This document shows positions 47,134 to 56,383 of a DNA stretch of 64,000 nt, piece by piece (position 1 is the first letter of the stretch; each line of letters begins with the position of its first letter). The position numbers were made by a program, and so were the translations under genes. The DNA is taken from the NCBI GenBank assembly GCA_024763275.1, contig JANTFT010000002.1, positions 6,002 to 70,001 on the forward strand, given 5' to 3'. The notes under the pieces were generated by a model that searched no databases, was not told where the DNA came from, and was given only the letters and a program-made list of their open reading frames with translations. Origin of the DNA: Anaerolineales bacterium (GTDB lineage: Bacteria; Chloroflexota; Anaerolineae; Anaerolineales; UBA11858).

Positions 47134-47372
47134 AGGACTATTATTATATACGCCTTTTGGAGCTCTGAAAACGCCCTTTTCTGGTTCCACCGGGCATACC
47201 AGGAACTGGCTGGCGCTGATAAACAAATTATCCCTGTCCCGGAACGGCTCTGCAGGGTCCAGAATAGGCCCATTGTCGCATCTAAATCTACTATAATTGT
47301 CCCAGGAAGAATACCTCTGGGAGAAGCTTAAACCAGGGTGAAGTAACCCTAACTCAGGGCAAGAGAGGTGCT

Positions 47373-48527
47373 ATGTCGTCTCAAGCAGATCAACCCGATC
47401 CTTCAAGGATCAATCTCGATCCCGGGCGCCAGGAGCAGGCCAGGCTGTACGCTCGCATCCAGCGCCGGTTCATGTTCCTGGATTTCGTACTGGGAATGGG
47501 CCTGCTGCTGGCCTGGTTGCTGGCAGGGTGGTCAGTTCAGTTGAGGGACTGGATCCTGGGCTGGACTCAAAATCCCTGGATTGCCGTGCTGGCCTTTGGA
47601 GCTGTTTTTGGAGGGGTTTTCACAGTGCTGGATCTGCCCCTTTCCTACTATACCGGCTACCTCCTCCCTCACCGCTTCCAGCAGTCCAACCAGACCCTGG
47701 GAGGATGGCTGTCCGACCTGCTAAAAAGCCTGCTGGTCGCTGTCCTGCTGGGCGGGATGGTTCTAGAAGTCATCTATCTGGTACTCCGCAAAGCCCCGGA
47801 TACCTGGTGGCTGTGGGCAGGGGCTTTCCTGTTGGTCTTCAATGTGCTGCTGGCCAACCTGGCCCCGGTGCTGCTCTTTCCCCTCTTTTACAAGTTCACC
47901 CCCCTGGAAGAGCAGGACCAGCTCCTGGGGGAGCGCCTGCTGGCTCTGGCCGAAAAAGCAGGCACCCGGGTGAGGGGAGTGTACCGGTTTGACATGAGCC
48001 GCCGCACCAAAGGAGCCAACGCGGGCCTGACCGGGATCGGGAATACCCGCAGGATCATCCTCGGTGACACCCTCCTGGAAGAGTTCCCTCCCGAAGAGAT
48101 TGAAACTGTTCTGGCTCACGAGCTGGGACACCAGGTCCATCACGATATTCCCCTGGGGATGCTCGTTCAGACAGCGGTCACTCTGGGCGGTCTGTATCTC
48201 ACCTCATTGGTCCTGTCCTGGGGAATAGCTGTTTTTGGATTCACCTCCCCGGCGGATCTGGCGGCCCTACCCCTGTTCGGGCTATCCCTGGCCGTTTTCG
48301 GGCTGCTCACCATGCCGCTCAACAATGCCTTCAGCCGCTGGCGGGAGAACCTGGCTGACGGCTATGCCCTGCAGCTGACCGGCAACGGGCAGGCCTATGC
48401 CTCAGCCCTCACCCGGCTCAGCAATCAGAATCTGGCAGAGATCGACCCGCCTGCTTGGGTAGAATTCTTGCTGCATTCCCATCCTGCCCTTAACAAGCGG
48501 ATCCGTCGGGCAGACAGCTACCGGTGA
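47373..48527 (+). CDS. M48 family zinc metalloprotease (Ste24/HtpX-like) with a polytopic N-terminal domain
   Basis: HELGHQVHHD (HExxH), a downstream E, and multiple TM helices. Confidence 0.85.
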   Translation: MSSQADQPDPSRINLDPGRQEQARLYARIQRRFMFLDFVLGMGLLLAWLLAGWSVQLRDWILGWTQNPWIAVLAFGAVFGGVFTVLDLPLSYYTGYLLPHRFQQSNQTLGGWLSDLLKSLLVAVLLGGMVLEVIYLVLRKAPDTWWLWAGAFLLVFNVLLANLAPVLLFPLFYKFTPLEEQDQLLGERLLALAEKAGTRVRGVYRFDMSRRTKGANAGLTGIGNTRRIILGDTLLEEFPPEEIETVLAHELGHQVHHDIPLGMLVQTAVTLGGLYLTSLVLSWGIAVFGFTSPADLAALPLFGLSLAVFGLLTMPLNNAFSRWRENLADGYALQLTGNGQAYASALTRLSNQNLAEIDPPAWVEFLLHSHPALNKRIRRADSYR

Positions 48528-48543
48528 TCATTTGGGAGGCGTG

Positions 48544-49350
48544 ATGAAAATCCACCATCTAAATTGCGGATCATTAAAACCCCCCTTCCCTGATGTCCAA
48601 GCAATAGTCTACTGCCTGCTGGTAGAGACCAATCAGGGATTGGTACTGATAGATACGGGATTTGGCACGCGAGATTATAACAATCCCTCCCGGAAGATGC
48701 GCTTTTTCCTTAATTGGATGGGAACACCTAAAAACCTGGATGAGACTGCTTACTTCCAAGTTCAAGCCCTGGGATATCAACCCGAAGATGTCAAGCACAT
48801 CATCCTGACCCACCTTCATATCGACCACGCCGGCGGACTTCCAGATTTTCCCTGGGCGGATATCCACGTTCATGAAAGGGAATACCAGGCAATCTTGCAC
48901 CCTGAAGGTTTGCTGGAATTCGCTTATGTTCAACAACACTGGCAGCATGGCCCAAAGTGGGTTCGCCATCAAGATCCCAACCTGGACTGGATTGGCTTTG
49001 AAGCGATCCCGATCCTATCCACACCTGAAGCTGATTTCCTGTTCATCCCCCTGCCCGGGCACACCCGGGGGCACTGCGGCGTGGCCGTCGGAAAACCGGG
49101 GAACTGGCTGCTGCACTGCGGAGATGCCGCTTCTCCTTTCTATGACGGGGCGGATCTGCACAACAGGGACAGGTCTGTCCAAAAATTGAATTTCCTGCCC
49201 GAATCGCTGGCAAACCGACTCATGGGAGGCCATGTGCCCCGTTTGCGGAAGCTTTTAGAAGAACATGGGGATGAGGTCCAGGCCATCAGTGCCCATGATA
49301 TTTTCAGCTTCGAGGAATACAATCAGAAGACAAATTCTCTCACAATATAA
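48544..49350 (+). CDS. MBL-fold metallo-hydrolase
   Basis: The ATG at 48544 follows GGGAGG. THLHIDHAGG (HxHxDH) and downstream His residues. Confidence 0.8.
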   Translation: MKIHHLNCGSLKPPFPDVQAIVYCLLVETNQGLVLIDTGFGTRDYNNPSRKMRFFLNWMGTPKNLDETAYFQVQALGYQPEDVKHIILTHLHIDHAGGLPDFPWADIHVHEREYQAILHPEGLLEFAYVQQHWQHGPKWVRHQDPNLDWIGFEAIPILSTPEADFLFIPLPGHTRGHCGVAVGKPGNWLLHCGDAASPFYDGADLHNRDRSVQKLNFLPESLANRLMGGHVPRLRKLLEEHGDEVQAISAHDIFSFEEYNQKTNSLTI

Positions 49351-49359
49351 GGAGCCAAT

Positions 49360-49818
49360 ATGTACCTATCAGAAGGGATCACAGCGCCAGATTTCACACT
49401 GGTGGACGAAAACGGTCAGGAACACACTTTGAGCGACTACCGGGGAGGCTACCTGCTGCTGTATTTCTACCCCAAAGACGACACCCCGGGCTGCACCACC
49501 GAAGCCTGTAACTTTCGGGATGATTACAGTCAATATCAGAACGCTAAAGTCACCATCCTGGGTGTCAGCCCGGACTCCCCCGCCGCCCACCGGAAGTTCA
49601 AGGAAAAATATCAGCTTCCCTTCACCCTGCTGGCAGATGAGGACCACACCGTATGTGAGCTATACGGTGTCTGGGGGCCGAAGAAAACCTTCGGTAAGGA
49701 ATACCTCGGGGTTCACCGCACCAGCTATCTGATCGATCCCCAGGGGAAGATTCAGCGGGTATTCCAGAAAGTCTCTCCGGCAAAACACAGCGCCGAAGTG
49801 CTGGCTTTACTGGAATAA
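49360..49818 (+). CDS. bcp: Thiol peroxidase Bcp (peroxiredoxin)
   Basis: APDFTL.D..G....LSDY.G..LLLYFYPKDDTPGCT. Confidence 0.9.
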   Translation: MYLSEGITAPDFTLVDENGQEHTLSDYRGGYLLLYFYPKDDTPGCTTEACNFRDDYSQYQNAKVTILGVSPDSPAAHRKFKEKYQLPFTLLADEDHTVCELYGVWGPKKTFGKEYLGVHRTSYLIDPQGKIQRVFQKVSPAKHSAEVLALLE

Positions 49819-49860
49819 AAAACTTCCGAAGCGTTAGCGGCTTCGGAAGTCTATTCTTCT
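49817..49860. terminator. Bidirectional terminator between bcp and clpC
   Basis: CTTCCGAAGC-gttagcg-GCTTCGGAAG, flanked by an A-run and a T-rich run. Confidence 0.7.
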
Positions 49861-49872
49861 TACCAGAACCAT

Positions 49873-52404
49873 TCAGCCTACCGGGACAGGTTGATCTTCC
49901 TCGTCAGGCAGGAAGGGTTTTCCGTAAACATCCGGATCCCCTTTGGTGAGGATGATATCGCTCTCTTCATCAGAATCCGGACTGCTGGCATCAACCAGCA
50001 CGATGTCGTTGGTGACAAACTTGCCAGAGAGCACTGCATCCGAGAGCGGGTTTTCAATCTTGTTCTGGATTACCCGGCGCAGAGGCCTGGCTCCCATTTC
50101 CGGGTTGTAGCCCAGCTTGACCAGCAGCTCCACACCCTCGGGAGTGATCTCCAACCGGAGGTGTTTTTCAACCAGGCGCTCACGCACCTTGTCCAACTCC
50201 AGGTCGACGATATCCCGGATGTTCTCTTTGGTGAGAGCATGGAAAACAACCACGGAGTCCACCCGGTTGATAAACTCCGGTCGGAAGGTGTTTTTAAGGG
50301 ATTTTAGCAATTTACGGCGCATATCCTCATAATCGCGCTTGCGGGACTGCTCCTCATCTGCGGATAGATCAAAACCGATCGAGGCATTATTCTGGATCAG
50401 GTCGGCGCCGATGTTGGATGTCATAATCACCATGGCATTGCGAAAATCCACTTTTCTGCCGCGGGCATCCGTGATATGGCCTTCCTCCATGATCTGCAGC
50501 AGCATGTTATGGGCTTCCTGGTGGGCTTTCTCGATCTCATCAAACACCACAATGGAATAAGGGCGCCGGCGGATCGCCTCGGTCAGCTGACCGGCGTCAT
50601 CATAACCGATATATCCGGGGGGTGCTCCTACCAGACGGCTGACGCTGTGGCGCTCCATGAACTCGGACATATCCAGATGGATCAGGGCCTCTTCACTGCC
50701 AAACATGAATTTAGCCAGGGCCTTGGTCAGCTCGGTTTTTCCAACACCGGTGGGGCCCAGGAAAATAAAGGATCCTACCGGCCGTTTGGGATCTTTCAAC
50801 CCAGCCCGGGAGCGGCGGACAGCTTTAGCGATCTTTTCAATGGCCTCTTCCTGGCCGACGATATGTTTGTGGAGCTCTTCTTCCATATGGAGCAGGCGGT
50901 CCGATTCCTCTTCCGCCAGCTCTGTGACCGGAATTCCAGTCCACATCGAGACAATTTCAGCGATATCCTCTATTGTGACCGTGGGGCTGCTGTCCCTATC
51001 CCAGGCTGCCTTCAGGTCCTCAAGCTGGTCCTCTAAGGATTTTTCCAGATCTTCCAGATCAGCAGTGGCGATCTCCTCTACCTCTGCCAGCTTCAGCTCC
51101 TTGCGGACAGAGCGCAGTTTCTGGACCACATCTTTGGCTTCCTTCCCAATGGGATTCTTATACATCCGCACCCGGGAGGAGGCCTCATCAATCAGGTCGA
51201 TGGCCTTGTCAGGCAAGAAGCGGTCAGACACATAGCGTGCCGACAGCTCCGTAGCCGCTTCCAGGGCCTCATCGGAGATCTTCAGCTGGTGGTGGTCCTC
51301 ATAGGCAGGGCGGATCCCCTGGAGGATCTCGATAGTTTCTTCCAGAGTCGGTTCGTCAACAGTAATGGGCTGGAAGCGCCGCTCCAGAGCCGCGTCGCTT
51401 TCAATATGCTTGCGGTATTCATCCAGCGTGGTAGCACCAACCACCTGCAGCTCACCGCGAGAGAGAGCTGGCTTGAGGATATTGGCCGCATCCATGGCAG
51501 ATCCCGCAGAACCTGCGCCCACCAGCATGTGGACCTCGTCAATGAACAGGATAGCATCGGACTGCTTCAGCTCCGAAATGACCCGTTTCAGCCTTTCTTC
51601 AAACTGGCCGCGGTACATCGTGCCGGCTACAACAGAACCCAGATCAAGCTGCAGCACCCGCTTACCCAGCAGGGGCGCTGGAACTTCACCGTCGGCGATG
51701 CGCTGAGTCAATCCTTCCACAATGGCGGTCTTGCCAACTCCGGGTTCGCCGATCAAAGCGGGATTATTCTTTGTGCGCCGGGCCAGGATCTGCACTACCC
51801 GCTCAATCTCTGTTTCCCGGCCGATCACCGGGTCCAGCTTGCCTTCTTCCGCCAGATCCGTCAGATTAACCGCCAGCTGATCGACCATGGGCGTGTCGCT
51901 CTTGGATTTGGCGTGTTTGCTCTTGCCAGGCAAACGACGTTCACGCTGCGCTTTCTTGGTATTCTTGGTCTCTTCCATCACCCGCATGGTCTGACGCCTG
52001 ATCTGGTCTGGAGTCAACCCCAGCTGGCTCAATACGTCATTTGCCACACCCTTTCCGTAAACAACCAGTCCGAGCAGGATATGCTCCACCCCAATGTAGT
52101 GGTGGCCTAATTCCCGGGCCTCTTCCACAGCCAGCTCAAGCACACGCTGTGTGCCGCGGGAGAGAGCCAGGGCATCCCCGCTGTATTCCCCTAAACCGGT
52201 TATATTCTCAGTGATGGTCAGCACACTATCAATGTCGACTCCCAAATCTCTCAGGACCTGTCCAGCTATACCTCCCTGGTCAAGAAGCAAACCCAGCAAG
52301 AGATGCTCGGTCCCGATCTGGGCGTGTTTCATGCGTTCAGCTTCTTTATGCGCTAAACTCAAAACCCGCCTTGCTCGTTGGGTAAACCGTTCCATGCTAG
52401 CCAA
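49873..52404 (-). CDS. clpC: ATP-dependent Clp protease ATP-binding subunit ClpC
   Basis: Two Clp_N repeats, two AAA modules ([18 protein letters not shown]) and a middle coiled coil. The TTG start at 52404 has GGAGG 7 nt upstream. Confidence 0.93.
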   Translation of the reverse strand: MASMERFTQRARRVLSLAHKEAERMKHAQIGTEHLLLGLLLDQGGIAGQVLRDLGVDIDSVLTITENITGLGEYSGDALALSRGTQRVLELAVEEARELGHHYIGVEHILLGLVVYGKGVANDVLSQLGLTPDQIRRQTMRVMEETKNTKKAQRERRLPGKSKHAKSKSDTPMVDQLAVNLTDLAEEGKLDPVIGRETEIERVVQILARRTKNNPALIGEPGVGKTAIVEGLTQRIADGEVPAPLLGKRVLQLDLGSVVAGTMYRGQFEERLKRVISELKQSDAILFIDEVHMLVGAGSAGSAMDAANILKPALSRGELQVVGATTLDEYRKHIESDAALERRFQPITVDEPTLEETIEILQGIRPAYEDHHQLKISDEALEAATELSARYVSDRFLPDKAIDLIDEASSRVRMYKNPIGKEAKDVVQKLRSVRKELKLAEVEEIATADLEDLEKSLEDQLEDLKAAWDRDSSPTVTIEDIAEIVSMWTGIPVTELAEEESDRLLHMEEELHKHIVGQEEAIEKIAKAVRRSRAGLKDPKRPVGSFIFLGPTGVGKTELTKALAKFMFGSEEALIHLDMSEFMERHSVSRLVGAPPGYIGYDDAGQLTEAIRRRPYSIVVFDEIEKAHQEAHNMLLQIMEEGHITDARGRKVDFRNAMVIMTSNIGADLIQNNASIGFDLSADEEQSRKRDYEDMRRKLLKSLKNTFRPEFINRVDSVVVFHALTKENIRDIVDLELDKVRERLVEKHLRLEITPEGVELLVKLGYNPEMGARPLRRVIQNKIENPLSDAVLSGKFVTNDIVLVDASSPDSDEESDIILTKGDPDVYGKPFLPDEEDQPVPVG

Positions 52405-52493
52405 AAGACTACCTCCAATTAATCATCCGGTTGGATCCCGGATATCAGTATTGTTGAATGATCCTAACATTCCCCACTGAATGTTGTATGGAC

Positions 52494-52502
52494 ATTCTAC
52501 CA
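52494..52502 (-). promoter_or_regulatory. Extended -10 element TGGTAGAAT upstream of clpC
   Basis: The minus strand reads ttTGGTAGAATg, about 90 nt upstream of the clpC start. Confidence 0.4.
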
Positions 52503-52562
52503 AAAACCCCTCTAAAAACCCTGGCAAAGGGTCAAATTAATGTATTTTTTATAAAGTTCTTC

Positions 52563-52600
52563 CTAAAAAACAAAAGCGCATCCACTTAGATGCGCTTTTT
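52563..52600 (-). terminator. Intrinsic terminator after rpsA
   Basis: On the minus strand: GCGCATC-taagtg-GATGCGC followed by TTTTGTTTTTT. Confidence 0.75.
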
Positions 52601-52611
52601 CTCAGGTGGGA

Positions 52612-54102
52612 TTACTCCTCTTCAGAAGGAGCTTCTTCAGCAGGACTCGGCTCTTCCTCAGGGGATGCCTCTTGCTCCTCAGCGCCCTCGGCTTCAGGTT
52701 CTGGTTCCTCTTCAGGTGATGCTTCCTGCTCCTCGGCGATCTCAGCTTCGGGTTCAGACTCCTCAGCAGAGGATGCCTCCTGCTCCTCGGCGATTTCGGC
52801 AGCAGGTTCTTCCTCTGCATTCGGTTCCCCTTCAGCGGTCTCCTCGCTGACTGCCTCTGGTTCGGGTTCCTCCGGACTGGCCAGGATCTTTTCCAGGCCC
52901 CCTTCCATGGTCAGCTCTTCCTGGATTTGCTCCAGGTCTACAGCAGCATACTCGTCAGAATCCACTTTTTCAAGGCTGAGCCCGATGCGGTGTCGTTCCA
53001 TATCCAGGCTGATCACCCGCAGGGCCAGGGTTTCACCGACGCTGACCACCTCAGAAGGATGGCCAACCCGGTCCATACTCAATTCCGAAATATGAATCAA
53101 GCCTTCCAGGTCAGTGTTCTCAATACGTGCAAAGGCACCAAAATCGGTCAAATTGGTGATGGTCCCCTGGATCAGCTGGCCTTCCTTGATTTCCTCGGCT
53201 TTTTCAATCCAGGGATTATCCTGCAGCCGTCTCATTGACAGGCCAATCCGGCGTTTTTCTTCATCGATGCTGATGACCTCTACCTCAAGCTCCTGTCCAA
53301 CCTTCACCAGATCGCTGGGGTGGTCGACATGATCCCAGGAAAGCTCTGAGAGGTGAACCAAGCCATCCACACCCTGGATATTGACAAAGGCGCCAAAATC
53401 TGCCAGGCTGCTGACATAGCCGGTGACCCGGTCACCCACGGACAGGTTGCTCAGCAGCTGGTCCTTGATGGCTTCTCGAGTTTCACCAATGGCATCCCGC
53501 TCAGACAAAATCAAGCGTTGACGCGATCGGTCAACTTCGATGACCTTGAGTGTGATCTCCTGACCGATGACTTCACTCCAGCGGTCTTCTGGCGAACCAC
53601 CGTCTCCTTCCCGGAAAACACTTACCAGCGAGCCGGGCACAAACCCGCGCAGCTGTCCAACCGGAACCAGCAGGCCGCCCTTGTTGTAGCCTTCCACAAC
53701 AGTGGTGATGACCTCTCCTGATTCCAGCTTCTCTTCAACGACTTCCCAATCTTTTTCTTCTTGAGCCCGGGTGTAGGACAGCACAACATGCCCGTTTATA
53801 TCCTCGGGTTCAAGGACATAGACGCTGATCTCCTCTCCAACTTTAAAATCGTTCAGCGTCTGGGGGTTGATCTGTTCCAGTTCCCGGCCGGCAATCAGTC
53901 CATCAGCTTTTGACTGCACGTCGATCAGGATCTCATTGGGAGTGATGGCGGTAATCACACCCTTGCGGATATCTCCCTTTTCAGGGATGTTACCCAGTCC
54001 CAATCCTTCCTGGGCTAGCAGGGTTTCCATATCCATAAGTTCTTCAGGGGCTGAATTATCACTCAGTGTATCTCCCCCTTGGTGGGACTTCATTTCTTCC
54101 AT
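52612..54102 (-). CDS. rpsA: 30S ribosomal protein S1 (four S1 domains) with a repetitive acidic C-terminal extension
   Basis: Repeated G..V.G.V......G..V.. S1 modules. The tail reads AEIAEEQEAS...EPE repeated. Confidence 0.9.
   Translation of the reverse strand: MEEMKSHQGGDTLSDNSAPEELMDMETLLAQEGLGLGNIPEKGDIRKGVITAITPNEILIDVQSKADGLIAGRELEQINPQTLNDFKVGEEISVYVLEPEDINGHVVLSYTRAQEEKDWEVVEEKLESGEVITTVVEGYNKGGLLVPVGQLRGFVPGSLVSVFREGDGGSPEDRWSEVIGQEITLKVIEVDRSRQRLILSERDAIGETREAIKDQLLSNLSVGDRVTGYVSSLADFGAFVNIQGVDGLVHLSELSWDHVDHPSDLVKVGQELEVEVISIDEEKRRIGLSMRRLQDNPWIEKAEEIKEGQLIQGTITNLTDFGAFARIENTDLEGLIHISELSMDRVGHPSEVVSVGETLALRVISLDMERHRIGLSLEKVDSDEYAAVDLEQIQEELTMEGGLEKILASPEEPEPEAVSEETAEGEPNAEEEPAAEIAEEQEASSAEESEPEAEIAEEQEASPEEEPEPEAEGAEEQEASPEEEPSPAEEAPSEEE
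52664..52825 (-). repeat. Three imperfect 54-bp tandem repeats inside the rpsA 3' end
   Basis: Unit starts (plus strand, gatgc..) are at 52664, 52718 and 52772. Each encodes an 18-aa AE(I/G)AEEQEAS(P/S).EE.EPE unit. Confidence 0.8.
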
Positions 54103-54135
54103 AAGTAAGGCACGCTCCGTTTTAGAATGGACATC

Positions 54136-54164
54136 ATTATACAGTGCAAACTACAACATGTAAA
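54136..54164 (-). promoter_or_regulatory. Near-consensus rpsA promoter, TTTACA-17-TATAAT
   Basis: On the minus strand the -35 is at 54159-54164 and the -10 at 54136-54141, with a 17-nt spacer. Confidence 0.65.
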
Positions 54165-54269
54165 CCCTTTGTGGTAAGATAGAGTCGGAGAAAAAAATTC
54201 TAATTATTATGACGTAATTGACTTTTATTAGTGATCCCGGGGGGTTCCCGGCTTGATCCAAGGATCTCT

Positions 54270-55388
54270 ATGGCAGCAATCTATCCTTTTACGGCTATTG
54301 TAGGACAGCAGCGCATGAAGCGCGCCCTGATCCTGAACGCAGTGAACACCCGCATCGGCGGCGTCCTCATTCGCGGTGAGCGGGGTACGGCTAAATCCAC
54401 TGCCGCCCGGGCTCTGGCTGCCCTGCTGCCCAAAGTAGAGACTTTTTCGGACTGCCGTTTTGGTTGTGATCCCAAACGACCCTCAACCTGGTGCACGGAA
54501 TGCCGCGAGAAATCCAAGAACGGCGCTGAACGCAAGGTGGAAATGCTCCCCACTCCCTTTGTGAACCTGCCGGTCTCAGCCACAGAAGACCGGGTGGTAG
54601 GCACACTTGATATCGAAAAAGCCATTCAAAAAGGTGAACGCCGCTTTGAGCCCGGTGTACTGGCTGACGCCAACCGGGGGTTGCTGTATATCGATGAGGT
54701 CAACCTGCTGGATGACCACGTGGTTGACCTGCTGCTGGACTCCGCTGCCATGGGCATGAACATTGTCGAGCGGGAAGGCATCAGCTTTTCCCACCCGGCC
54801 CGGTTCATCCTGGTGGGCACTATGAATCCCGAAGAAGGAGACCTCCGGCCCCAGCTGCTGGACCGCTTTGCTCTCTCGGTTGACATCAGGGGCATCCGCG
54901 ACACCCGTGAGCGGGTGCTGATCATGGAGCGCCACCTGGCATATGAAGAGGATCCAGAGGCTTTCCGGGAGGAATGGCTTCCCAAAGAGCAGGAGCTGTC
55001 TGAGCAGATCAAACGCGCCAGGGAGCTGCTGCCTGAAGTCCGGTACTCCTCCCGCAATCTGGTTGACATCGCCAACTTGAGCACCTCGCTGCATGTGGAT
55101 GGACACCGTTCTGACCTGGTGATTTTAAAGACTGCCAGGGCGCATGCGGCGTTCGAGGGTAGAAAAGCCATCACCGGCCGCGATATCGGCCTGGCAGCAG
55201 AGCTGGCCTACCCTCACAGGATCAAACGTGGCCCTTTCCAGCAGTCAGAGATCTCCGCTGAAGAGCTGGCCGAAAAGATCGAACAGCTGGCAGGAGGTTC
55301 CGCAGAAGGGGAAGGCGAGGTAGCTGAAGGCGATCAACCTTCCGAGGGGAGGGAGGGGGAAAACGGGGATAAAAAAAAACTCTCGTAA
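54270..55388 (+). CDS. ChlI/BchI-like AAA+ ATPase (Mg-chelatase subunit I family) with an acidic C-terminal tail ending in an A9 tract
   Basis: The ATG at 54270 follows AAGGA. YPFTAIVGQQRMKRALILNAV, Walker A GERGTAKST, Walker B LLYIDEVNLL and a Cys-rich insert CRFGCD...CTEC. The tail reads AEGEGEVAEGDQPSEGREGENGDKKKLS*. Confidence 0.85.
   Translation: MAAIYPFTAIVGQQRMKRALILNAVNTRIGGVLIRGERGTAKSTAARALAALLPKVETFSDCRFGCDPKRPSTWCTECREKSKNGAERKVEMLPTPFVNLPVSATEDRVVGTLDIEKAIQKGERRFEPGVLADANRGLLYIDEVNLLDDHVVDLLLDSAAMGMNIVEREGISFSHPARFILVGTMNPEEGDLRPQLLDRFALSVDIRGIRDTRERVLIMERHLAYEEDPEAFREEWLPKEQELSEQIKRARELLPEVRYSSRNLVDIANLSTSLHVDGHRSDLVILKTARAHAAFEGRKAITGRDIGLAAELAYPHRIKRGPFQQSEISAEELAEKIEQLAGGSAEGEGEVAEGDQPSEGREGENGDKKKLS
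55371..55379 (+). repeat. A9 homopolymer (A AAA AAA slippery heptamer at 55373-55379) at the junction of the ChlI-like and VWA reading frames
   Basis: Read directly: gat aaa aaa aaa ctc tcg taa in the chlI frame. The G-rich SD-like tract GAGGGGAGGGAGGGGGA lies at 55344-55360. Confidence 0.9.
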
Positions 55389-56329
55389 ACACCGTAGCTG
55401 ATGGCTCTCACCTGGAAGTTCCCGCAGACGCAGGCAGCGGGGATGTCTTCGAGGCCACCAGTTCGACCTGGTGGGAAGGCGGCAACCCGGTAAAGATTGG
55501 CGATACCATTGATCCCGATAAAATAGAAGCTCCCCTTGACCATCAGAACCGTCGTTCCAGTGGGCGCAGATCCCGGACCAAAACAGAGACCAAGCGCGGC
55601 AGATACATCCAGTCCCGACCGGCCAAAGGCGATCTTTCCGATATTGCCTTTGACGCCACCATCCGGGCCGCAGCCCCATTTCAGAAAGAACGCCACTCGC
55701 CGGATGACTCCCTGGCTTTTTCCATCCGCAATAACGATCTACAGCGCAAGGTGCGCGTCAAACAGACAGCCAACCTGATCCTGTTTGTGGTAGACGCCTC
55801 CTGGTCAATGGCCGTGGCAGAGCGGATGAGTGCCGCCAAAGGAGCTGTGCTCTCTCTGCTGACGGATGCTTATCAGCGCCGGGACAGGGTGGGCATGGTC
55901 GTTTTCCAAAAAGACCGGGCTCAGGTGGTGCTTCCCCCCACCAACTCGATCGAGCTGGCCCGGCGCTACCTGGCAGATATCCCCATTGGCGGGAAAACCC
56001 CCCTCTCAGCCGGATTGAATCTGGCCTATGAGGTCATCAAGCGGGAGGAGCTGGCCCACCCCGAGATCCAATCGCTGATGATCCTGCTGACTGACGGGGT
56101 GGGCAACGTCTCCATGACCAGGATGCCTCCCCAGGAAGAAGCCTATAAGATCGCCGAGAAGTTTGCCGCCGATAAGATTCCCGGAGTGGTCATCAACATG
56201 GAACATAAGGAATTCGACAAAGGCCTGGCCCACGAGATCGCCAATCACCTGGATGCTTCCTATTACTGCCTGTCCGACCTGCAAGCTGAAAAGCTGCTGC
56301 AAACCGTTAAAGGAGAAATCGGCTACTAA
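55373..56329 (+). CDS. ChlD/BchD-type VWA (MIDAS) domain reading frame, open from 55373; the first ATG/GTG/TTG is GTG 55751
   Basis: Own translation of 55379-55750 gives TLVNTVADGS...GRRSRTKTETKRGRYIQSRP...DIAFDATIRAAAPFQ...LQRK, followed by VRVKQTANLILFVVDASWSMA (MIDAS DxSxS). The track lists only 55751..56329. Confidence 0.7.
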   Translation, partial: KKTLVNTVADGSHLEVPADAGSGDVFEATSSTWWEGGNPVKIGDTIDPDKIEAPLDHQNRRSSGRRSRTKTETKRGRYIQSRPAKGDLSDIAFDATIRAAAPFQKERHSPDDSLAFSIRNNDLQRKVRVKQTANLILFVVDASWSMAVAERMSAAKGAVLSLLTDAYQRRDRVGMVVFQKDRAQVVLPPTNSIELARRYLADIPIGGKTPLSAGLNLAYEVIKREELAHPEIQSLMILLTDGVGNVSMTRMPPQEEAYKIAEKFAADKIPGVVINMEHKEFDKGLAHEIANHLDASYYCLSDLQAEKLLQTVKGEIGY

Positions 56330-56383
56330 GGACTCTCTCCGCCCGGCAAATCCGACCTCCGCTATTTCTGTTATCATTGGTAC

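Noticed and set aside
52523-52536. GGCAAAGGGTCAAA upstream of clpC, considered as a CtsR operator.
   Set aside because: Only one good GGTCAAA heptad is present, the spacing is wrong for the direct-repeat consensus, and no ctsR gene is in the window.
55401-55493. ATG-initiated 30-codon ORF (MALTWKFPQTQAAGMSSRPPVRPGGKAATR) between the ChlI-like and VWA frames.
   Set aside because: It is too short, has no SD, and is out of frame with the VWA domain. It matters only as the possible true VWA start if a 1-nt indel exists, as discussed in the findings.
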